Assembly (NCBI RefSeq): GCF_018977255.1
Contig: NW_024704743.1
Location: 54,562,001-54,626,000, forward strand
Reading direction: 5' to 3'
DNA: 64,000 bases
Source of the DNA: Callorhinchus milii
Lineage: Eukaryota
The notes beneath the pieces are model-generated. The model saw only the letters and a list, made by a program, of their open reading frames with translations. It did no database searches and had not been told where the DNA came from. Position 1 is the first letter of the stretch. Each line of letters begins with the position of its first letter. Position numbers and translations under genes: made by a program. Of this stretch, positions 38,965 to 50,946 are shown one piece after another.

Positions 38965-41900
38965 TGTATTAGGTCATAGGTTCAAACCTCACGTCAGGAC
39001 TTTATGACGTTGCAGATTTGAGACCCACACTCTTAACAGTGGTGCCCATACCCCTAGATCTTGGAAGTGGTTCCTCCCCCCTCCCCCTGAGCTAATTTTG
39101 TTATCCTCCCAGCCCACCAGTGTCTGTGGCAGGTGGGGGAGGAGGGGGGGTGGTTTGCGGGTTGAGCGTTGTGCATTTCTATGTTTTTTTGGGGTTGTGG
39201 GATCTTCCTCTTGAATAGCCATTCAGTTGGTGACGTTGGGATCTACCTTTTCTGCTCAGCTCCTGAGAGGTCATGGTGCTGCGGGGGGTTGGCGGGGAGG
39301 GGTGGTTGTGACTTCAAGCTCCCTGTCCGGCTAAAACCACCCTGCTCCCAATGGCAATATTCAAAAACTGAAGGGAGTAACTCCTGGTGTCAAAGCCAAT
39401 AATCCCCTAGATAAAATAGTTTTTTCACTTCATGGCTATTTGTGAGACCTTGCTGTTCTTAAATTGGCAGCCATGGTCACATACAAAATACATTGTCCTG
39501 TAACTATATTCTCCTGACCTAACACGAAGATGTATCAAATGCAACCAGTATGACTAATATTAATAGAATCATAGGTCATACATATCTATGATTCCAAAGG
39601 TGTTTATTACATCTCAGGAGTTTTTACCTTTACGAAAAATTGTCAAGCCACTCTCTAGTGGCCTGCTGCTGAGATCTTGTGACAACCACTATTTAATAAA
39701 ATCTTGTGTTATGGTTGCAACCACAGAACAGCATCACGACTTCTCGAAAGCATTCTAGTATTAATTAGTGACAATAGAACTGTAATAACATTAAGTCGAT
39801 ACTCTTCTAATCATTCAGGGTCAACAGTCTGGTGGGTGTTCTGGAAGAATGAGACTTTTGCATGAGCCGAATGGCCTTTTTATCCAAACTCATCTTGTGA
39901 TCTTGTGGCCTTGAGGACTCGATTGCAATGTGGCCCAGACAAAAAGGTAGAATTAACATTTACACTACATTCTTGTTGTTGATACCTCTAAGAATACTTA
40001 AGACTGTGAAACAATATTGATCTGCTCTAGGTGGAACAGTGTCCAAAACTAGATACCATATGATGGTATTCCACTGTCTTTGGAGAAGAGCAGTATGGCT
40101 GATTCTGGGTGAGATTTAGAGTTGTATCTGTTATAATAATAATCCTTGCATTTGATATAGCCCTTATCGTGTCTTTGAGATATCTCAAAGTGCTTCACAG
40201 AATATACTGTAAAGTGAATTGACTGTATATTTTGTGGGCAAAACGTGGCAGCCAATTGCGCACAGCAGTGTCCCACAAACAGTCGTGGATTGAGTGACCC
40301 AAATTTTTTTTAAAAATCAACATTTTGAGAAACAGGGCACGATCTATGTTTTGAAAATAATAAGTGACATATGGCCCAAAATTCTACCAAGTCAATAAAT
40401 TTGCCAAGTCACCTCAAATTTCAAGATTGGGCAGAATTGTTGAAAAATTCTTAAATTTAATCAGAATTTGTACCCCGGTTCTTTTAAAATATTTTAAAAA
40501 GCAGCTGTCAAATTTTCCATGATTCTGAAGTTAAAAGAATATAATTTCAACTAAGCCTAGAAACAGGACTGAAACCTATCAATCCCCCCAAAAAATTGGT
40601 CATTCACCTCATGGCCTTTTGTAGGACATTGCTATGTGCAAATGGGCTTTTGGTGGGTTGGTTTCCAGGCTAATTGAAAACAGGAAATTTCAAAGTAATC
40701 TGATGTCAAATGTGATTGGCTGAACGTGGAGTTATGCAATCTGGATTTTGATTCATCTTCTTGTTTTGATTCAGAGCATGTGAGGAACCTGTGAGATCTC
40801 ATTCAATACAATATGGAAGGAATGAAGACTTGATAAAAGGGTTGTGCTATTTATAGAAATAACAAGAAGAAAAAAATACATAAAAGAACTGGAATGGAAT
40901 TGCGATGAACTTATCATTGGACTTCTGCGACTCATAACATTGGACATAGTTTGACCCTTCATATTTTCACCTTCACCTCATTGCCCGCCTCCGATCATAC
41001 CCAATACAGTCAAAACCCTCGTTCACACATTTGTCACCTCTCGCCTTGATTTTTCCATACTGACACCCATACCAGGCTTGGCACCCCCATCACCCCAGAC
41101 CTTGCTGGGCTTTATTCATTGCCTTAGCTCCTCAATACTTATCCGACATGCTTACATCCCACTCCACACCCCTCCCCCCATCCCACCCCTTAACTCAGCT
41201 GGCTCTGGCCTTCGACACATTCCTTGTCCGCTTCGTTCCACCACGGCAACTGTGCTTTTAGCCACTATGCCCCCAAACTCTGGAACTTTCTGCCTCAATC
41301 CCTCAGCTTTGTCTCCTTCTTGCGTGTCTTCAGCTTGCATCTGAGTACTATGACACATTTCGCAGAATATGCTGTGACTCATTACACAAAGTAAAAGTAA
41401 AAAACTAATTCTTAATGTTTACTTTCGTGATGGGCTGGGATGTCATCAAATATTAAATAGTTCAGCCGAGGCAGGCTCTGAACCCTGTAGAGAGCACACT
41501 TAGAAACACTAAGTAACACAAGCTTAATAAGTCAATATTTTATTCTAAAAGTAGTTCACAGCTACATTAGTACAGTAACATATTCCAACAATGCTACTAA
41601 AACAAATATAAAAACAACAAAGGAAAAAAAGGACATCATCAGTGCCAGATATATTGTTTAAGCAACCAGACTGGTTTATTCAGGTGAAAAGAATTTTTTT
41701 TAGGGGGATACAGTGGTTGAAAAAAGTAATTTTAAGTCAATTTGCAACCATTGAAAGGTTGATAGCAGAGGGACACAAGAATGCAGGGAGCTTAATTATT
41801 TAAATTGAAAACTTTAGTTGTTTTGGTTCTTAATTAATAACATATTAAAACATAATTGAAAATTAGCTTTTAATAATAACTGTCATCTGGTGAACTGTAA

Positions 41901-42159
41901 TCTTGTTGCAGAGAGTTCATTGAATAGTACTTGGAGCACTTGCCTGTTTATGTTATGTAGTGGTTCTATTTTTTGGCAGCAAGCAGTAAAGGACAATTCT
42001 ATGTTGGAGGAAATTCCACCTGGGCCTCAATAGATATAACATTTCAGTACATAAAATTTCTAAATGTTACTTTAATTTTGAAGCGAGATTGCTCTAAGTT
42101 TTTTTTTAAGAACTACAGAAAGCTGCCCTCAACTTTATAAAACATAGAGTTTCATACAG

Positions 42160-42511
42160 TGCCTTATCAACCTGTCCTCTCTCTCCGCACAGCATGCTCT
42201 GGCCTGCTCCACGTCCCCCGCTCGGCCCGCACCACCTTCGGCAGTTGGGCCTTCAGTTTCTCTGCCTCCACCCTTTGGAACTTCATCTCACAGTCCCTTC
42301 ACCTTGCTCCCTCTGTTGCCTCTTTCAAAGCACGTCTCAAGAGCCTCCTCTTTGACTGGGTATTCTGTCACCCTCCTATCCCTACCCTCCCTGCCCTCCA
42401 CCCCTCCCCCTGATCCTAACCATCTGCTTGGATCCAAATTCCTGACTGTCCAGAGCCTTGGGACATCCTCCTTACATGAAAGGCGCTGTATAAATGTAAT
42501 TTGTTGTTGTT
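42160..42511 (+). mobile_element. L2 3' fragment
   Basis: PYQPVLSLR..AFSFSASTLWN; tail ctgtataaatgtaatttgttgttgtt. Confidence 0.85.
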
Positions 42512-42559
42512 ATAACACCATCAAGACAACTCAAAGCTTCACAAGTTTTTTTTTCTGTA

Positions 42560-43030
42560 AACAACAACAACAACAAGATTCCATTTATTGAGCGCCTTTC
42601 ATGTCGGGAGGACGTCCCAAGGCGCTGTACAGTTGGGCCAGGACCCGAGCAGGGGGAAATGGTCAGGGTGAGGGGAGGGAAGGGAGGGAGCGAGGAGGGG
42701 GGAAATGGTCAGGGTGAGGGGAGGGAAGGGAGGGAGCGAGGAGGGGGTAGAGAGTCGAGAGGGGAGCTGAAGGCACGGTCAAAGAGAAAGGTCTTGAGAC
42801 CGGCCTTGAAGGAGGAAAGGGAGGAGGTGGCGAAGGCACTGGGGGATAGAGTTCCAGAGCCTCGGGGCTGAGAGGCTGAAGGCCCGGCCACCGATGGTAG
42901 GGCGGTTGGAGCGGGGGATGTGGAGCAGACCGGAGCCAGAGGAACGGAGGGTACGGGCGGGTAGGTAGAGGGATAGTAGGTCAGAGAGGTAGGAGGGAGC
43001 AAGGCCGTGAATGGCCTTGTAGGTGAGGGT
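42560..43030 (-). mobile_element. Young L2 3' fragment
   Basis: Near-identical to the 3' part of the copy at 5008-5800. Confidence 0.9.
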
Positions 43031-43516
43031 GAGGGTAAAGTGTAGTGACTGTGGAACTCACTGACAGAAATTGAGGTTGAATAATATTGCATCATTGTAT
43101 TTAAGAGAAAAAATGATGCATACACGAGGGAGAAGGGAATAGAGGGGTATAGGAGAGTAGAATAGGAAGGGTGGAGTCTCATGTGGAGTATAAACACAGA
43201 CTGGTTAGTCTTATCTTTCTATTCTGTAATTCAAATTACATTTATACAGCGCCTTTCATGTAAGGAGGCAGAGAAACTGAAGGCCCATTTGTAAGCAAAT
43301 GTGGCAACCAAATTGCACACAGCAATGTCCCACAAACAGCCATGAAGTGAGTGGCTGATTTTATCTGGGGGATTGGTGACCACATTCAACCCCTAGACAT
43401 AATATTAGAAGGGGAGGGTTCCTACCTAGCTCTTGTAGCATTTGAGGCAAAAGTTGTGGTCATTTCTTGACCCATTTTCTTGTGTTAATCAGCACAAGCA
43501 ATAATCCTTACAGAAA

Positions 43517-43928
43517 TAATAATAATCTTTACATTTGATAAAGCGCCTTTCATGCCAGGAGGACATCTGAAAGCACTTCACAGGACTTACTGTGCATTTG
43601 TATGTGAATGCAGCAGTGAATTTTGCACAGCAATGTCCCACAATCAGCCATGAAATAAATGTAGTTTTATTTGGGGAATTGTTGACCAGGACACCAGGAG
43701 AAACTCACTTCTCTTTTTAAATAGTGCCATGAGATCTTTAACGTCCACATGACCAGACAGACGTCTCAGTTTAACATCTCATCTGAAGGGCGGCACCTCT
43801 AACAATGCAACGCCCCCCCGTGACTGCTCAGGAGTGTCAGCCAAGACTGTGAGTTCAAAGTCTGGATGTGGGGCTCCCATGTCCTGATTCAGAGATGAGA
43901 GTGCTACCAACTGAGCCAGGCTGACATC
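43517..43928 (-). mobile_element. Old DeuSINE with complete head, Deu-like core and tail
   Basis: The reverse complement reads gatgtcagcctggctcagttggtagcactct...ggtgccgcccttcagatgagatgttaaac...gtggacgttaaagatctcatggcactattt...gggacattgctgtgcaaaa. Confidence 0.85.
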
Positions 43929-46507
43929 TATTAAGACTGAATTCAACAAATTGCCAGATGCTGGATTTTTAAAAATGCTCCACAGAGTAAATCTAGACCC
44001 AAGTGGAATTTCTATCCCATGTACCGTAAGGAAACACAACTGAGGATAAACCACTTCTGTTAAATGTTTGCTTAAACAATATTTTAAGATATTCTTCATT
44101 ATTAAACCAGTTTTGTTAAACAGTAATTTTTTTATGTAGACACCAACACTACAATTTAGAAAATAAATTTCAGTTACAAAATAAATCAAAATAAATTAAC
44201 AAGTGCTACAAAGGTATCCAAAGTTAAACAACTATTTGACCTATCACGACAGAGTTCACAATAAATACTAATTCTTCTGTTAACTGTTAGTGCAAGTTTA
44301 GAGTCTTTTAAAAATAGTTGATATTCTACGCCATTTTACTTATAATTAAAATGAGAAATTGTACCAGTTACATCATTCACTATTTATATTATTCTAAAGT
44401 GCACATTGTTACCAGACTCATATGCTGGAAGAAATAATGCCAGCTAATAGAATATTAAATATTGTAAAACAAGCTGCTGTATTAAAACTACAAAGTATTT
44501 ACAGAGATTCCTGGCCCAGACATTCTCAGTTAGTTTCTTAACATCTTGTTGTGCATGTTATACAGTCCTATCAGTAGTATCAATGCACTTTTGGGAGTGT
44601 AAAACGATTATGACAACAGATAAGGTTAAAACAAAGTAATTTGGAATAATTTATTGGAAGGGGGAAAAATCTTATTGCAGGAACTTTCAAAATGAAATAT
44701 CTGCAATGGCTTTGCTGCCTTTCATTATAGGGTTCATAGTACAGGGTTTTAAAGGTTATCGTGCTGAGATTTACAAAGCCGTTTAAACCAACAGCTTTAC
44801 AATTTATGACAAATATATAATTTCGATAATTCTTCTCATGTGTCCAGCAATGCCAAAAATAAACAGCAGGGCCAACAACCCACTCAAGAGAGGCCTTTCA
44901 GTTTAGTAGCAAATTTGCACGTTTAAGTTATTGTCTCTTGAAATATTTTGTCACTCATGAAAATAGTATCCTCACGAGTGAATCCCTGTTTAATATAACC
45001 TAAGCTGCAGGTACTTTCTTCCATGCATATGGCATATCTAAACTCCATTCAGTGCACAGAAGAATGACTCAGTGCTATAGAATGAGAAAGGGGACAATGC
45101 ACGATATAACAGGTGTTCTCACGCACAGACACAGACAAACATGAGAAAAATACTAAACAAAGTATTATTAAGTTGAGTCAAATAAAGCAATCACTAGGAT
45201 GGAGAGAAGGAGCAGCACTGAATCTCAGTTCTGGTAACATCCCACAGCTGGAAAGCCCAGAAATGCATGGAAGAACAAGTCATCCAAGATCCTCAGGTGA
45301 AAGGGATGCAGGGTACAAATATCCTCCAGAGTGTATTGCATTTGGCATAGAAATCCCCTACATAATATAGAACTGCTCTACTAATACCTCGCAGTTTGTT
45401 CTGCAGAGAAAGTCTTGGCTGTACTCTTAACTATAAAAGGCATCAATAATAAAATTATAAGGATAATGAACAATTGAAGCATGACTTTGTTAACTCTTTC
45501 ACCAGCCCATTGTGTTTGTTAGAAGACCTTTAATATGTACTATTAATTGGTAGGAATACTCTGCTTGTCAGTAAATTTATGGGAAAAAGTCATAAGTAGA
45601 CACTAAGTTTAGTGAATTTACTGACAAGTGCAGAATCAAGCTCGTGAGTTCCATTTGGCTAAAACAAATTTTGTTTTAATGAAATATATGAAATAAATTA
45701 CAAAAGAGGTTTCCTTTTGAATTATATCTGTTTGGGATATTCATTGCACATTAAATTTTATTGAACAATAGCAATTTATTAACTCTTATGTAAATAGAGA
45801 GAGGAGAGCAAACCCAAATACAGATTTATACTTTCCTGTGTTTGTTTTTAACATCACAGATGGATGTAGGTGGAAGAGTGAAGCAGTCACTGAACTGTCA
45901 AATCACAGTACTTTTTTTAAACGTACAAGTGGTACTTCAGATAAAATAATATTCTGTTCGACATAGTTTCCCAGTAGTGATAAATAAAATCCATTCTCCA
46001 GTAGTGATAACTAAAAATCATAACAGTAGTGTAATTAATTCCAGTGTTTGGTTTACAATTTTTACATTGTACAGGAAGTTATCTGTTGCTTGTCCACCAC
46101 ACGTCCTTAGTTCAACTCCAAGGCTGCTGGTCCCCAAGAATGCAGCACATAACAAGCAGACCATTTGATAAGACCCTGAACATCAGCAGCCCTGCATGAT
46201 AGTTGCACTTATTTCACTACTTCTGAAGTCTTAATTCACGTTAAACTTCAATTAGGCTTGGCGTGCAGACATAGAAAAGCAATTTGAGATATTTTCATTA
46301 ACTGTTGCACAGACAGCACAAGAACGTGAACCATGGCACATTGCGAAGAGTAAAGTCCCGTTCTTGGTTACAATAAAAATGATGCCTTGTAGTCAACTGA
46401 CTTGTTTGAACTGAAGTTCTTCTATCAATGCACAAAAGAAACAGGATTCCGTATATTTTTTGGCTTCAAATTGGAAATTTTGTATGTTTGTTGTTCTAAT
46501 GCTTCCA

Positions 46508-46624
46508 TTATAAGTCAAGTTTCTCAATGACTTGTATTGTGTTGACATAAACATGCATCTCCTCCGGTCTGTCCCGTCTGTACGTGATAGTCTTTGCACT
46601 AACCGTAGGCAGTGGAGTATTGTT
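46508..46624 (-). CDS. ITGB8: Integrin beta-8, terminal coding exon (cytoplasmic tail)
   Basis: 117 nt after a 135-nt intron, cttttcaag|AAC. Encodes NNTPLPTVSAKTITYRRDRPEEMHVYVNTIQVIEKLDL* (TAA at 46510-46508). TYRRxxPEE without NPxY is typical of beta-8. Confidence 0.92.
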   Translation of the reverse strand, partial: NNTPLPTVSAKTITYRRDRPEEMHVYVNTIQVIEKLDL

Positions 46625-46759
46625 CTTGAAAAGAAAAAACACAAATACGTACCTTCAGTAGGTATTCAGCGTGTATTTCCTTCACGACAAATTACCTAAA
46701 CTTATGTAAAAGTTTTAAATTTTCCAGATGTTTACAAAGCTGTAACCTATTAATTCTAC

Positions 46760-46926
46760 CTTTTGTGGTGGAGCTACTTTGCAATCGCTGCCGGGAGGCT
46801 TCAGTCTGTTTGAACTCCACTGCATCATTATCTGTCTGATTATCATCACAATAATTAATCCAGTGATAACTGTACCAACAGATAGCACAAGACACATAGT
46901 GAGAATCTTGTGGTTAGACTGGTATT
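46760..46926 (-). CDS. ITGB8: Integrin beta-8, transmembrane and membrane-proximal cytoplasmic exon (equivalent to human exon 13)
   Basis: 167 nt, phase 1-0, ttacag|AA...AAG|gtagaa. Encodes EYQSNHKILTMCLVLSVGTVITGLIIVMIIRQIMMQWSSNRLKPPGSDCKVAPPQK; IIRQxxxQW is beta-8-like. Confidence 0.93.
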
Positions 46927-47829
46927 CTGTAACAGAATAAGATTGACAATAATTGTCAAAAGCAAGATTAAACAAGCAACGCTAAAGCAAGATTACAAGT
47001 GTTTTGCATTTTAATTTTGCAATTAATGGTACAGCACAATATATTATCACCGATAACAACTTGCATTTACGTACCGCTATTCATGTAATGTGTCAGAGGT
47101 GTGACACACCGAGCAGGGAAGTGGTCATCATAGACCTGATCAAAGAGGTGAGCTTTAGGCAGTTTTTGAAGACAGACAGAGAGGGAGTGAGATGGGGAGG
47201 GTAGAGTGGGGGAAGTCTAGAAGTTGGGGATATAGTGAATGAAGGTTTGGCCCCTAATGTTGGGGATGGAGAATCTGAATTTGCCAATTGGACACGGTGA
47301 AAATTCCCCTCCCCGGAGCCCAGTGATAACTATTAACTGCTTTTGACCTTATATTCTGATAGAACTGGTCACTCATTTTATTGCCGTTTGTGGGCCATCG
47401 CCATGTGCTTTTTAGCTACTGTGTTCACCTGCAAATATGCAGTCATGATACTTTAGAGAAACTGTGTGAAAAGCTTTGAGATATACTCAACATTATTAAG
47501 TTGCATCAAATGCAAGAGTTATTATTCTTATATTTGGAAATTACAAACATCATTTTTTAAAAATGCGTTAACAACTAGATGTGTTTATTATGGTTCCATT
47601 GCATTTTAGCAGAAAACATTGCATGAATATGAATTACAATGCTGACTATATTTCTACCGCAATTTCAATTTCTACTGCTTCTCTGAATCATTGCAAAGCT
47701 ATTCCACCAGAGGGCGACAGAACCAAATTCAAGCAAAATACAACTTAAATCTACTGTACTGTTGAGAAATGCAAGACAATAAATCATTATGTTTAACAAA
47801 GTGGTATATTTTAATTCAGTAGCACATAC

Positions 47830-47949
47830 CTGGATTTTCTAATATATAGAGGTATTGTTTTTCAGTGTCAGTTGCTACCATTTTGAATTTGTACAAATAT
47901 TTATTTTTAGCTTGAAAAACACAGTACTGTGATCGTTCTTCTTCGGATT
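47830..47949 (-). CDS. ITGB8: Integrin beta-8, additional beta-tail-domain exon with no counterpart in mammalian ITGB8
   Basis: 120 nt, phase 1-1, long polypyrimidine tract tttttttctttttcag|AA...CCAG|gtatgt, stop-free in the required frame. Encodes ESEEERSQYCVFQAKNKYLYKFKMVATDTEKQYLYILENP, resembling beta-3 CTYKNEDDCVVRF...SILYVVEEP. Confidence 0.85.
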
Positions 47950-50074
47950 CTGAAAAAGAAAAAAAATATATTTATGGCACTCTTCATGTAAAACAACTGT
48001 TCAACAATACCCATCAGTGAAGATGTCCTAGATATCCTGTTACAATAAATCAACTGCAACTCAATCTAAATGCCAGCCCTTGCAGATATTTGTTTCAATA
48101 TGTTTCGCCCACAAAATATAGTCAATTCACTTTACAGTATATTCTGTGAAGCGCTTTGAGACATCTCGAAGACGTGATAACATGCTGTATCAAATGCAAG
48201 GATTATTATTATATATTTGGGACTAAAGACTAGAAGCACTTTTTCTTTCTCCACAGAACAGATGATGCTGTGTTGACCAGCTCCTTGAAGAAAGAACTAG
48301 ATAAGCACCAGCTGAAGAAAGCAGTTTCGGAGGATAAAGGGATAAATATAAACTGAGATGAAGAACAACTCCACTGAATACACAGATTTCAGTGTTACTA
48401 ATACAGGTCTGAATCTGGTTTGTCTGTCTGCAGAGTGCAAGGAAGGTATCAGGCCTCAGTCGTGGATTTGTGGGGATGGAAGAATATTTAGAATCTTTAC
48501 CCGATTAGTGTTGGGATTCAAGGAATTTGTAATATCACAGGTTACACCTCAAGAGATGCTGTGGATTTCATACTGTTTAATGTCACTATCCTGATTTAAA
48601 TGAATTCGGAGACAGATAACATGCATACATAAAACTAAATAGAGTGTACAGTACTGAAATAAGGTAGTAAGCCCAACTCGTCATGATCTTCTCTCCTTAC
48701 TCCTTCCCCCCACATCCTTCTCTTCCCTTCTCCCTTAAGTATGCAAAATTAATGCAAGATGAATTAGTTAACACTAAAGATTTATTTTACTCCTTTTTTT
48801 ATTGCTTTGTTCCACGCTCGAGGTAGATTTTTTTTATTCACACCACCTTCGTCTGGTTTTGGATCGTTGCAAAGCAGTTAGAAACTATTTCAATACTGAT
48901 TCAAGATTGATAATAATAGGATTTGATCAAACTAAACCCTAGTTCACTGGCCAGGAATATGATAACACAAAGGAACCTTTCACCCCATCGAGCTTGCTAT
49001 CAGATCATGGCAAGATATCACAGATAAAGAAAAGGTTAATTTCTCTCTGTATTTCACTTACATTTTAAAATATATATCTAAGCTTTCCAGTTTTGGATGT
49101 TAAATCAGTAAGAATCAGCATTTGTCGTATTTTCCAATTTTCTTAAATTAAATTGAGACTTACCGTTGTTAAATATAGGATTTTCTAAAAAAATTGTTTT
49201 TAAACATGTGTTCTACCAGGTGTCAGATTGGCTCTGTTGGTAGCTCTCATTTTGACTCAGAAGGTCAAAGTGTCTCAAGTTTTCAAGGTTGAAGAAGGCT
49301 TAAGCACCACATCGGGGCTCTAATACAGCACTTGGAAAGGGTTGCATTGTCGGATGTGCCATCCTTCTGATGAAATGTTACACCAAGGTCCTGTTTGTCT
49401 TTTTAGTTGGATGCTGAAGATCCCATGGCACGATACAAAGAGAACACAATCTTTTGTTGGGCAAGACACTGGGACAAACTCTCCTCCCTTTTAACATTGT
49501 GCCACAGGATCTTCAACATCCACCTCTTAAGCCTTCTCATCCAGACCGGCAAGCTCAGCACGAACCAGGATCCAGGATTCAAACCACTGAGTTCCTAGTC
49601 ATTAAACTGAAACTCTATCTACTACACCATTAGTCCTGTGATCCAATTTGATTCAATGCATTGGGAAAGATAAAGAGCTCCCATAACTTATGAATCAGCA
49701 AATCGGGCTCAACAGTAATAATAATAATAATCCTTGCATTTGATATAGTACCTTATCACACTGGCAAGATATCTCAAAGTGCTTCCCAGGATAATAATAA
49801 TAATAATACTAATAATCCTTGCATTTTATACAGCACTTTTCACGTCTTCTAGACGTCTCACAGCGCTTGGTTCTGTTGATCCATTTTTTGACCTTGGATG
49901 TCTTAGTGTTACTTTTATATATATTAGAAAAACCCATCATAAGATGACACCACCGAGTGAGTGCATTTACCGTAAAGCAGGCAATCAAATTGTTCACCTG
50001 CCAAGGCCAATGAATTTACCAACTGGCAGAGAATCGATGCAGTATGAAAACAACACTCTGAAAGCAATAGATAC

Positions 50075-50166
50075 CTGAAAGCTCATCCACCAACACCATT
50101 TGAGAACAGGAGGTGCTGCAGTTGGAAGAGTCTGGCCAATGGTTTAAATGACACTCCACGCACTTC
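50075..50166 (-). CDS. ITGB8: Integrin beta-8, N-terminal part of the beta-tail domain (equivalent to human exon 12)
   Basis: 92 nt, phase 2-1, ttttccag|G...TCAG|gtatct. Encodes (W)KCVECHLNHWPDSSNCSTSCSQMVLVDELS. Translated by hand; not in the ORF track. Confidence 0.9.
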
Positions 50167-50723
50167 CTGGAAAATCAAAAATTGTACATGTTTAGAGGCA
50201 ATATGTTTGTGTGTCCATGCCTGGGTGCGTACAAAATCTATTACTAATTTTATTAATGTGAACTACTTGTCCATCTTTCAGCTAAAATAGAAATAATCAA
50301 ACCACCAGTGACCATGCAGGGAAGGAAGGATCACAGCCAGGCTTGATCCTGTTATATAGGATCCACGCATTCACCTCCATTAGGAGTCTGGGGTTAATGA
50401 ATGATGAATGAGAACTCTATCTGTAGTCTTTCTCCCTCAATCCAGAGTGCTAAAACTAATTGTAACACTTTGCTGAGATCAATGCACCAAGCACAGACCA
50501 GAGATTGAACCTGAAATCTTCCTGGTATTATTACTCTGCTATTCACCGAATAAACTTACTGAGCTGCAGGGGAAGTCAATGATTAACAATTTTAAGGATG
50601 TGTCTTATTGTATTTTTATCTGGAAAAGTTCAAAATAGCATTGAAACTGCTGTCTATACTACTGTTGTACATTCAAATGTAAAAAAAAGTTTGTTTGCAT
50701 AAATTGCACAAGAAATTCCATAC

Positions 50724-50946
50724 CAGCTATTTTCACAGGAGTTTTCACATGTAGGACACACGTCACAAAAAGTGCCTGAAGCTCTAGATTCAGTGCACTG
50801 ACATCTTCCGCAGACACATGTCCCCCTTCCACTGCAGATTACACCTGATCCCGACCTGCAGGATTCCAGAAACGATGAACAGTTGCAGCTTTCACCTTCC
50901 CAGCCAGGGTAACATTTACATTCTCCTCCTTTACATTCGCCGTTGC
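50724..50946 (-). CDS. ITGB8: Integrin beta-8, I-EGF3-4 exon (equivalent to human exon 11)
   Basis: 223 nt, phase 1-2, ttcag|GC...TG|gtatgg. Encodes GNGECKGGECKCYPGWEGESCNC...CSGRGTCVCGRCQC...CPTCENSCENSW. Confidence 0.95.

Noticed and set aside
46393..46644. 83-aa ORF as the ITGB8 last exon
   Set aside because: Wrong frame; splice phase 0 gives NNTPLP...KLDL*, which contains the beta-8 motif.
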